From assembly GCA_964234715.1 (NCBI GenBank), contig OZ174275.1: 64,000 bases of DNA. The stretch is one strand, 5' to 3'. The translations under genes were made by a program, and so were the position numbers. How positions within the stretch are numbered: position 1 is the stretch's first letter; every line of letters begins with the position of its first letter. This document shows positions 24,080 through 34,726 of this stretch, piece after piece. Source of the stretch: Podarcis melisellensis (Eukaryota). The notes under the pieces were generated by a model. That model made no database searches. It was given only the letters and a program-made list of their open reading frames with translations, and was not told the origin of the DNA.

Positions 24080-24554
24080 TGTGACATCATACTGGGTTCA
24101 TAAGGAAAGGGTTAACTAAGTGTAAAATGACTAACCTATAGGAACCCAAGGGGAGGAGTTAGAGCTAGAGTTAGAGTTGTTAAGAAGTCAGTCTGGAGTT
24201 AGAGACGAGAGAGGGAGGATAAGTCTGTGGGCTGGGCTAGTCTGATGTGAGAGAGTGAGAGAATCTGTTAAGAGGAGTCAGTTAAACACTTGAGGTAATC
24301 AGTCAGAAGGTATTAGGAAGGTATAGGCCGGTAAAGGAACTAAAGTTAAAAAACTGACAAGACTAGTATCTGAGAAACCATAAACTTGTTAACGCTTATA
24401 AAATAAACTTGTTTATTTGGTTCAATTTTAAAAACTGTCTGGACTCAGTGTGTACCCGAGAGTAACAAGTTGGTGGCAGCAGGGAAGCGAGCACAGTGCT
24501 GGCACAGGGATCAATAGACCGTCAAACATCCGGGGACCCTGTGTGATCGCCACA
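24080..24554 (+). mobile_element. Solo LTR (Gypsy-like) containing an internal PBS-like motif
   Basis: TG..CA ends with inverted TGTGACATCA / TGATCGCCACA. Flanks GGTG / GGGG (3/4). Purine-rich U3/R, AATAAA at 24402-24407, TGGTGGCAGC at 24471-24480. Confidence 0.75.
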
Positions 24555-26229
24555 GGGGGAAACAGGGGAAGGGTAGAAACCCTCCCTTTGAAACTTTGCT
24601 TGTTCTACTGTTGTTGGTCCCAATGGCTCTTGGACCAAAGACCAGGGAGTGTGTTTTGGAGAGTTGTAGACCTGAAGGGAGCAATGGGTAGGGGCTGCCA
24701 GCAGTAGGCGTACAGGCATCAGGAACTCTTTTCTGCCTCAAATTTTACCCAAGCCCTATGAGAGTTTGGGGGCTAGCTAAGTTTGCTTCTTCTTTGAGTC
24801 AGCCCCCAAGGTCTGTTTCCAGGCCTGAGCCTGGTGTAGTTGGCTGACTTCTCGATATATATGTGAGGCAAATGGGGTTTATATGTTCCTTATTGAAACT
24901 CTGAGCATGAATTGGTTGTGAGGGTGTTTGGAGATGTATGCACATAGAAATCCTGCCTTTTTGGGAGCTTAATTTGCCCCTATAATTCCCTGTAATATGA
25001 TTTCACTTCAGAAAATGAGGCTATCGCATGTAGCTTTAAAAAAATGGGGGAAATTAGGGTGCCTACTGTGCTTGTATATATTTCATATTAAATATAGATT
25101 AAACCTGACAGGCACTAGCAAGGCAGCTAAATTAGGAACCTGTGTGATTGGGGGAAGGCTTGTGTTGTCTTCAGGAAATGGCTGGTGAAACCATTTAATT
25201 TGCCTTAGGCACCTGTTTAATAATTGTGAACGTTCTTTCTGTGTGAGGTAAAGGGAAAAGCTCTATGCAGTGCATGTTTAATTCAGAGGGTGACAGACTG
25301 CCATGCCAGCTTTTGAAGTTAGAGATGTTACAGTATGACATTTGCAGAGTATTCTCTCTTCCCCAAGTACTGTGCATTTTTAATCACGGGTAAACAGAGA
25401 CAATGCTCTCTTCCATCTCAAAGGTTTTGTGAGCTTCAGAAGAACAGAGACCAGCTTTCCAAAGCTTTCTTTGTTTACTACAAAAGCTGGCGTTATCGTG
25501 ACATGATATCTCAGGTCTTGGATTAAATTAATAATTAACAGCAATCAATAAGGATAATGACGATAATAATTAATAAAACAAAAAGTGGAGAAACCCCACA
25601 TTTTATGGGCAGATGCATCCCTGTAGCACAACACAAATTTGTCACCATTCCTTTATCAGTGAGTAAAGCCCTAATCTTGGTTGTTTTCCAGATCTGAAGT
25701 AGGGTGATCTTTGTTGCTTTTGTTGAATATAATTCATGTGGCTGAGTGAAATAAAATAAAATAAAGTAATACATTGATCAGCTGGGGCATTCTGGCAGCA
25801 AATCCCTTAAGTGTTTCTTTAATTCTTAGCACATGAGTTGTCATGGCAACTTCAGCAGGATCCTGATATGCTCAGAGGAGTAAGAATATGCTTAGGTATT
25901 TTAAAGTACATTTTAGGTGGGGTCACAGATGACCACCTGCAAACAGGTTTTTTTTCCTGTAAAGCATCTCAGAATTTCTGCCATCACTGAAACCATTTCA
26001 TATCTGTTTGGATCTCCTGCGCGTCTCCCATGGTATCTCTGTATGCTGCTCAGGTTCCTACAGGGTGATTCATTCTTGGGCAAGAAACAAACCTGGACTG
26101 CTGGGCCTCCTTGTTGCGGCACCTAACTAGAAGATATTTTGGGGGGTGGAATATCTACCGTCTTATATTGATGGTGTTTTTTCTTCAATGTAGCTAGAAT
26201 AGGAGTGCAGTGATTAGGATTATTCTTTC

Positions 26230-26281
26230 CCCTCCCTCCCTCCCTCCCTCCCTCCCTCCCTCCCTCCCTCCCTCCCTCCCT
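26230..26281. repeat. (CCCT)n tetranucleotide repeat
   Basis: 13 perfect CCCT units, reading (AGGG)n on the minus strand. Confidence 0.98.
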
Positions 26282-28951
26282 CTCTTGTATTAGTAATCTT
26301 CCCAAAGGCAATTTGTTCCATCAAAAGGGAAACTGCCATTGGTGTTGAGGGCAGTTTCCCTTCTGGGTGAATAGCAGCTTTTGGGGCTGATGGTTATCAG
26401 GATCCTGGTAGACATGGCCTCCTCCTTTCCCTAATTGGGCTACCTGCTCCTATTTAAACAAGAAGCACAAAATCTGATGCATAAAATGTGGCCCCCACAT
26501 TTGTGTGTCATCAGCTTTGTTCCACAGATGAATTTTGCGCACTGGGCACTACGCTGGGAAACCTTCTGAGGGTTACATGCAGTTGGTGAGGAGAGACAGA
26601 GGTAAAAGTGGGCATGTAAAATTTAGCTTTGTATAGTAAAGTAGTATCTACCCCTCTCTATCCAAGGATTATCAAAGGTCAAGTCCCCAGCCCAGGAAAA
26701 AACAATAGGGGGGTAAAGTAGGGTCAGTATAGCCTGGGTGGAGAAGTGGCCTGGGGACTTGCAAGAAACAGATAGAGGGTCTGGAGAGCTGCATTAGGAC
26801 CCCCCACCTTGAGTTAAGAGGTCACGATTCTAGTTTTGAAAGTGGTTTTCTGTATCTTACATACTGGGGGATTAGGGGTTACGCAGAAGGGAATATTGAG
26901 CAGAGCTTGGCAAGGTTTGGTTGTGTTTACCTCACCCAGCTGTTATTGAAGAGGCTGTTTCATTGGCCCTTATTAATCTCTTAAAAGGTGATACAAAATA
27001 GGAGAAACAGTGTGTTTATTGATACAAAATAGGCAAAGTGTATTCAGTGTTTAGTGTTGATATATGCAGGATTTCAAGCTGCATGGAATTTTAGGTAGAG
27101 TGAGAAGGTTGTTAAATTTGATATGACCATGGTTGGTTACATTAGAATTGCAGATTGTGGTACGTTCACAATGCATTTAGCATTCAGATAGAAAATACAG
27201 ATTATCCATTTGAATACTAATCGCTTTTTGAATAGGCCACCTGATGTGATGCTGAAGGTTTTGTTGAATGTTTTGAGGGGGTAGTGGAAGAAGACACAAA
27301 ACTGATCTTGAATTTCACGTGAACCATGTTTACTCAAAAGTCTGTTACATTGATTTCACTCAAAAGTTCTGAGTCGGTTGCCCTCAAGTGTTGCACAATT
27401 GTATGGGCAATGGTGCAGGTAAGCAACATTAGGACCTGGACTTAATGGTCTTTTCTGAGAGGATGTTATATTAAAATGCCCATTTTGTCCACAGCTGTAT
27501 ATATAGAGAATGTGAAGTAATCTAGCTTGAACTTCTGAAATTCCCAAAGAAACTGGGAGCTGCCATTGCTGGTTTTACAATAGCAGGATAGACAAGGATT
27601 GGCAGCTTTCAACATGTACACCATTCAGGCATTTTCCCTGGTAGCATGATTGACAATGGGCTATGGTCTCTTTAGCTTGTTTCCTGTTGTCCACCTGCTC
27701 CTCTAAGAAGGGCCTAACTGTGTTGCAAATGAGGGAGGGGTTTGTTGATCAGACCAGGGAGGCAATGGGAAGAGAGATGCAACTTGTTTTCTCTTCCACC
27801 ACAGTGGGGAGTTTAAAGGTATGTGAATGATGTCTGAATTGCTGGTTATTAGTGCTAAGATGAGCAACATTTGAGTTTGATATAGTAGCTTATGAGAGAA
27901 TGTAAGCCTAATTGAGTTAATATCACTTATCATAAATTTCCAAAGCACAAGGTATTCCTGCTGGACTGATATGGAACGATAAAAGGTTTTAGTAACATGA
28001 TATGTTTTATTTGAAAAAAAAAATCCCAGAAATTCTCTTATGGGTAATTCCAATACATAAAGTTCTTAAAAATAATATTCTGCAGTAAAATACTATGTCA
28101 CATGTCATCAATGTGTGAGTCAATTTAAATAGCATCAAATAACCTTTATCTTTTCAGCTGTTCCAGCTTGTCATAGGAATTTCAGAATTTATTTATTTAT
28201 ATAGCTCCAGAGCTTGTTTTGCTTGGACTCATGATTTTAGAGACACAAATGTGTCTAGTGTAAATCTCAGTCTGGCACCATAAATAAGATTCTTCTGAAG
28301 AAAGTAAAAGTTTCCAAATAATGCAAGTTGTTGAAACACTGATGAAAAGTAGAGTGAAGATGGCAACAATAAGTATGTAGAGATGTTATTGAGCTGTGTG
28401 AGCACCCAGGAGGTATTTAAAGCCTTTTACATGGCACTTTGCTTCGGTTAAAGCTAGTGGAATGGAAACTAAGGACAGCCAGTGACTCAAAGAGTGAGGT
28501 CTTTATTAAAGGACTTCTGCTGGAAGGTAAAGCATGCTGCATCACATTAACTTTTTTGGGGAGGGGTGTCAGTCTTAGTGTTTGTTCATTGCACATTGAA
28601 CCTATATCTGTGTTACAGAAGAAGTGTGGTATTTAAATACACACTTTGTTTTTCTTCTTACTTCCATCCTCAGAATATCTTCAAGTGCCTCACTTCAGTA
28701 ATTCAAAGTGCCAATGTGATAGAATATGTGGAAGATTTGGCCCTCTGGTTGGTGGGTTGCTGAACAAGTTGATTTGATTATTCAGATACTTTCTAGCTGA
28801 TTGTTGGTTGGACTCCCAGAACTGTTCACACTAAGGCACTGACTGCTGTTTCTCCATTCATTCTTGCAGAAATGTCCAGTTACCTCAGAACCTAGTGTCA
28901 CCCACTAACTGATAGCAGCAAAGGAAGAAGTCAAACTCAGCCCTTTATTTC

Positions 28952-29454
28952 TAGAGATGGACAAACCCTCCATGGTTTGGTTCATGGTTCTGTAAAGTTC
29001 CAGCAACTCATGCAAAACATTAAAGTTCCTCAAATCCCATAGCATTCCTTGCTGCTTCCACCACCTATAGCAAAACACATGATGGAGATGATGAAGTCTG
29101 GGAGGGCAGTTTGTTTGCAGGAGCTTGTGCTACAGCTCCCAGAGTCCATCAAACCACATCACATTGCCAGGCATCCTTTTGCCTCTCTTTGCCAAAACTG
29201 CTGCTGCTCCTAGTTTAAAGAGGAGGGTAAAGCGGGAGGGGAAAAGGACTAAGGGAGGTCATGTGTTTGCCTGCTTGGGGGTGCCAGGGATGGCTTTGAA
29301 GGTGGCAAAAAGGCACAGGAATTCTATTCTGAGGGTTTTGGAGGGGGAAGCTAGATGGTTAAAAGGGCCCCCTCACATTTGTTACCAGCTCTTCTGGACA
29401 ACCAGGATTCAGTTTTGATCTCGGATCACGTAATCTCTTGTACCACCATCCCTA
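28952..29454. mobile_element. Old hAT-like non-autonomous element
   Basis: Termini TAGAGATGG / CCATCCCTA. The TSD is degraded. Confidence 0.45.
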
Positions 29455-30744
29455 TATGCTTCATGTTATTGCTGCTGCCACTGAAAGGCCCAGGCAGTGG
29501 GTAGCTTTCAAATCCAGATCTCCATTGTTGCATTATGAATAATGGTTATTATTGTGTTTGCTACCATTTTGTATCAGACTGTTGTGTGCAGCGGTGATAT
29601 TGCTAGCCACCTGGAGCATGCCAATGGAAAGGTGGGATGGGAGTCTTCATGAATAAAGGATCCAATGAATTGCTGCCAGGGGATGAGGGATTAGAGGAGC
29701 CAGTGACAAGGCTTGACCTTTCCCTGCATAGTAGAGTGACCATAGCATTGTGTTGTGAGGAAGGCACTTCTTCTACCCCGTGGTATTCTATGAGGCTTTC
29801 AGCCTATAGGAATAGTGGGGTCTGAGACAAAAGTTTCACCAGCCATAGAGAATAGTAAGAGGGGCAGAGCAAGGCAATTCTCTATTCCATTTCCCAGGCA
29901 AAAAAGTCCCATGTCAGCAGCTGGGTACAAGCCATTAGCAACTCTCTAGCAGCCCAGCCTTATTCAGAAAACATTTCAGCATGAAACTGCTAATACAAGT
30001 ACAACCTTTATCTGATAAGAAATATTACAGATTGCTCGTTTTTGTGCCAATGGTATAATTCCATTATTTCAAATGCCCACCATTTAGGAACACTGTGTGC
30101 TGTGTTTGAATAGAGTTAACAAATATATTGGCAGGGGATATGCTGAAATTGTGCACAGTGTAGCAGCCTAATGCCCTTCTATTTTCATGCAGATAGCATA
30201 TTTAAGAATGGCAGATGACTCACTACTATTACTCCTGCAGAATAATACTGGAGAAATAAACTTTTATTTAAACATCTTCCCCCTTTTATACAGTCATAAA
30301 ACATAGTGCGTCTCAGTGCAGTTTTGCAGCACTAGGAAGGAGGGGGATCTCTCGCTCTTCATCCTTCTCTTCCCATCCTCTCTTTCTCTTCCTCACATCC
30401 TTAAAAAGAAATTACGATACTAATGACATAGGTTTACTTTGTCTTAATAAAGATGTGCTAGATAGAGGAAATAAGTCAAGTTATTGATTACAAATAAATA
30501 CAGTGCTCCATTACTACAGACAATCTGAGGTTACAAATACGTAAATATTTTTCCTGCAAACATGTCAATGGCTAAGATTGCTTACACTATTTATTTTTCA
30601 AACTCGTATCAAATGTGTACTTAATGGGGTTGGATGCACAGTACTTAAACTAATACCGTCTTGCACTGGTGTTCACTGATATTGGAAAAAAAGAAGTGCT
30701 GTGTTGGTGGGGTGAATATATGTCTATATATTTCATTTCATTAT

Positions 30745-30922
30745 TTTATTTATTATATTGATATCCTGTCTCTCCTTGAGGGAGCTAAAGGCAGCACACA
30801 TGCTTCCTTCTCCACTTTTTGTATTCTCACAACAACCCTGTGAGGTAGGTAAGGTTGAGCAATAGTGAGTGGTCCAAGGTCATCCAATGAGCTTTATAGC
30901 TGAGTGGGAATTTGAATGCCTG
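30745..30922 (-). mobile_element. MIR/CORE-like squamate SINE (Squam2-like)
   Basis: TATTCTCACAACAACCCTGTGAGGTAGG..CCAAGGTCATCCAATGAGCTT..GCTGAGTGGGAATTTGAA. Related relics lie at about 49620-49715, 56340-56455 and 60350-60450. Confidence 0.75.
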
Positions 30923-31220
30923 CTTTTTTATATAAAATAGCCTTTTTAAAATGACAATTACCTAGTATCAAAGAATTCAGTCTTAGGGAGCCTTTGTTCT
31001 GGAGTGCTGACACACTCCATATCATTTATTTATCTGGTCCTTTGCTCTTCCTTTTGTATTCATATGTCAATATCTGAACCAGAGAAGAATTCCTGGATTA
31101 CTTCCTCCCTTTAAAAGCCTCACTTGCTGCCTGGGCAACAGTAGTTTTGGGAGCAACACATGATCCCTGGTAGAGGAGGGAGCTGTCTCCTGTTATTTGC
31201 CCACACCATCTGGTATTTCA

Positions 31221-31295
31221 AATCATGGAATCATAGAATTGTAGCATTGGAAGGGACCCTAAGGGTCATCTAGTCCAACCCCCTGCAATGCAGAA
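31221..31295 (-). mobile_element. CR1 3'-terminal fragment
   Basis: AATCATGGAATCATAGAATTGTAGCATTGGAAGGGACCCTAAGGGTCATCTAGTCCAACCCC is the antisense CR1 3' UTR with its (ATTCTRTG)-type tail. Confidence 0.85.
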
Positions 31296-32639
31296 GTATT
31301 CTCTTTCTGAATGTGGATGTTTCAATTAGCTTTTACAGCTGACAGGCTGGTGGAACTTGGTGACACATTTGGGAGGAATGTTGAATGGGTGGAGCTGAGA
31401 GAAGATGGGGCAGGAATAGTTTATCAGGTTTTGTGGTGTTTGTAGTGCTACTACTTTCTGCAGGTGTCTGCTGTGGGTGATCTCTTAAGTGGGGAAATAG
31501 CAGTAAAAGAACACTCTGTTATATATTTTGTTTGCAACCAGACTCGTTGGTAATTAGTTGAGCCCTGCTAATTCAACTACTTTGTCTCCTTGGTGTCATA
31601 TATGGCGTTCTGATGTAATTTATCCTTACTGATGTGCATTAAGGTAAATGTGCGCCTCTCACCACAGGTGCAACTGAGGTGGGGAAAAAGAAATTTGATT
31701 TTGGAGTCAGATTGTTCAAGCAGCCTGATACCAAGTTTCCAAAGGACAAGTACAATTGTACTGTGCCGTGCTGACCTTTAAATAAAAACATTCTGGTGAC
31801 AAGGAAAATAGTTCATAATAGAGGTTCAGTGTGCAGCGTAGGCGGTTGCCTTTTAAAGGCTTGTCCAGTATAGATGTTGACAGATAAAAACAAAAGGAGG
31901 CCTTTGTTATCACTCAGCCATAGTCCCCCCACCCTTTGGTTTGATGGGCTTGTGGACTGAGTGACAATAGCAGCATAGCTGGGTGGTCTGGGTCATTCCT
32001 TTCTAAACAGTACTTGGTGAAATGGGCCCTCCTGCTACTGGCAGGAAGGCCAGCAGTTATCTGCTAATATGAACTCACACACAGGCATGTGTACAAACTT
32101 CAGTCTTTTTGCTCACAGCAGAGTGACTTGAACCGTGTTTCAGTGCAGTGATGAACTTTTGATGCATAATTATGATACCCATTAGTGTTTGTGTCTGTTA
32201 TCTTAGCTGCCCTTTGATCATTTGATCTGTTCTCTGAGACTTCTGTCCATTGTTCGTAATAATTGGCATTTTCATTAGAGTTGTGTTTTTTTTAAAAGAA
32301 GTTAATGGCTTTTGCTTGTTGGTATCTATTTGCAACTGTGAAATATAATGGCAATTCTGAAAAATCCAGCAATTCATTTCTGGATGGGTCTTGGCAATTT
32401 CAGAAACTGGAATTCCAATTTAGGGCCAAGGAATCCTATGCGGCACTGATTTTTTTAAAAAAACAATTTGTGTGTTTTTGTCTCAGGCGCATGCACCTTG
32501 GTGTGTGTACATGCTCATACCTATGCACCACTTGTCTAAGGAAAGTGCGTTTGAAAAGCAGTTGTCATTGACAATCCAGACAAATTCAGCTCCAGAGTGG
32601 ATGTGAGTCAGGGCTGAATAAATCTGACAAAAGGACAAG

Positions 32640-32830
32640 CAGAAAATTGACTAAATTCATCTTGAGGCTCCGCTTCACTGTGAACGAGCGATGAATGAGA
32701 AGGCAGACATGCAGGCAGGTTGTGTGTTCAATCTGGCAGACAGGCCCTGTCATTTCTTTGCAATTAGGTGATGGATGGAGATTTCAAACCTTTTTACCTC
32801 ATCAAAGCACGCAAGAATTCCATGCAGTCC
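32640..32830. promoter_or_regulatory. Candidate developmental enhancer / conserved non-coding element
   Basis: Repeat-free with retained CpGs. CTGTCA at 32747-32752, TGATGGATGG at 32769-32778, ATCAAAG at 32801-32807. Conservation not verified. Confidence 0.4.
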
Positions 32831-34707
32831 CCCCCTCCCCCTGTGCCCATCTCGTTTCAGGCTTTACTCAGTCTGACCACACACCACGCTTCCTAGGTCT
32901 AGCCTAATAAGCCACATTGGTGTGATCAGTCTGAGGCTGTCAAGGGATTCACTGAAGGTCAGTTGCTTGTGCTTGCTAGACTTTCACCTGCAGGAGACCA
33001 TATGCTAAATATGCATGAAGTCTCGCCTGTTAGCAGCATCTCAAGCATTTTATAGTTCAAGCTTGACTTTGCTTTAATATATGCAACTAACTGCTAGAGG
33101 TACACTGTTCAGTGAACTAGGCAGCCACAGGCTTCTGTTGTTGTGATAGCACCACAGCCTTCATGTATTCAACAACACCATTCTTTTGGTTTAGTTCATC
33201 AAGTAATGAAAATATTTATACGCTGCCCTTCCATCAAAATGATCCACAAGGCGGCTTATGTAATTTGTTCAGTATTGATGGTGCCAGGGTAAGTTAATGG
33301 CATGAACGTGCAGCAGAGCTGTTTGCCACCAATTGAGTGTCAAGGTAGCTTTCACCTGTGAGCCTCCAGCCACCCAAACGTTATTCCTCAAGTAGTAACT
33401 GCATTGGTGTAAAACCACAGGCAGGTCATTAAGCGCATGTTTGACCACAACTGGAAACATACAGTAAATCAAAATTACAAGGTGCCAGATCCAGATTTTT
33501 GTTGGATGTAGTATTAAGTGCAAGGACTGCACACTGAACTAAATATACATGGTTCAGATTCCTGGAGACCACTATCAAAGTTCCAGGTGCTCAGATGTTT
33601 CCTCCCATAAATTTGGCAGACCAAGATCTGTATTAATGCTTGGTGTTCTTTTCAAATGTTCACTTTTCCTGCATCTCCCTCTTGTCAGCTGCTTTAAACC
33701 CTTACAGCCTTTGAGTGTTTGCATAAGGTGGAAGGGAAGCCCTGAGTGAGATTTTTATTCTCTTCTGTTGAGCTTTCATTACAACCTGTTGAAAGGAAAC
33801 TTGTGCCACCCACATGTAGGAAAATATATAGGTGCAGGTCTCGGTCTGTTCAGTGTTTGGATGGAAGACCACTTGTGGGAACCTTTCGTTTGTTTATTTG
33901 AATCCCATGGTAGAAGAAAACTGGAGTACATGTTACAAATGATCAAAATGAATAAGCACAAGTAAGCTTTGCTTGTTGTAATGCTTTAAAAACGACCACA
34001 GCAACAATGCCAAAAGTTCTTTCCTGGATCTCTTACAGTTCAGAGATGCCACACGCAGAGGCATACTGGAAGCCAGCAACCCAAGGACATCTTGTTATTC
34101 ATGAACCAAGAAGATGCTGGAACATGAATCAAATGTTTCTACTGTGTAATTCATTATTTTTGGAAGGTTAACTAAAATGACAACCTTGTGTTTTGAGCTG
34201 TTGAGTTACTGCTTTTACCTTGGACTTGTAACCCCTTACTGTTCTGTAGTTTCTCCCTGTGTTGCACCATGCTCAAATCATATTGGCACAGATGGGTAGG
34301 GGAGAAAGGAGTAAAAGAAAGCTGTTTGTCTGACCTTTAGCTCTGATCTTGAATATCATTTTTCCAAATCTAATTACCAAGTACATTAAGGTTTCCTATT
34401 TCTTGAACACTTGCTGTGATCTGCTTAAAATGTGAGCAGAGGACAAAGACCACCCCCCTCCTTTGCTTTGACTTGATTTATACTTCAAAGCCGCAGAGGT
34501 GCTGACAATCCAGGCTGTTTTCATTAAGTCAAAAGCTGTAGAAGAAGATACTGCGGTAATTACAGGAGGCATTATCTGATGGGAGATAAAATAGTGTTTT
34601 TATCTGTCCTTTCAAAATGATGAAAGATAGGAAATGGTTTTTATTTCCTTTACGATTTTGTCATTTTGGAAGGCCTTATAGATTTATTCCGCCCTCCTTC
34701 TCCCACC

Positions 34708-34726
34708 CTCTCTCTCTCTCTCTCTC
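34708..34726. repeat. (CT)n microsatellite
   Basis: Short perfect CT run. Confidence 0.85.
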
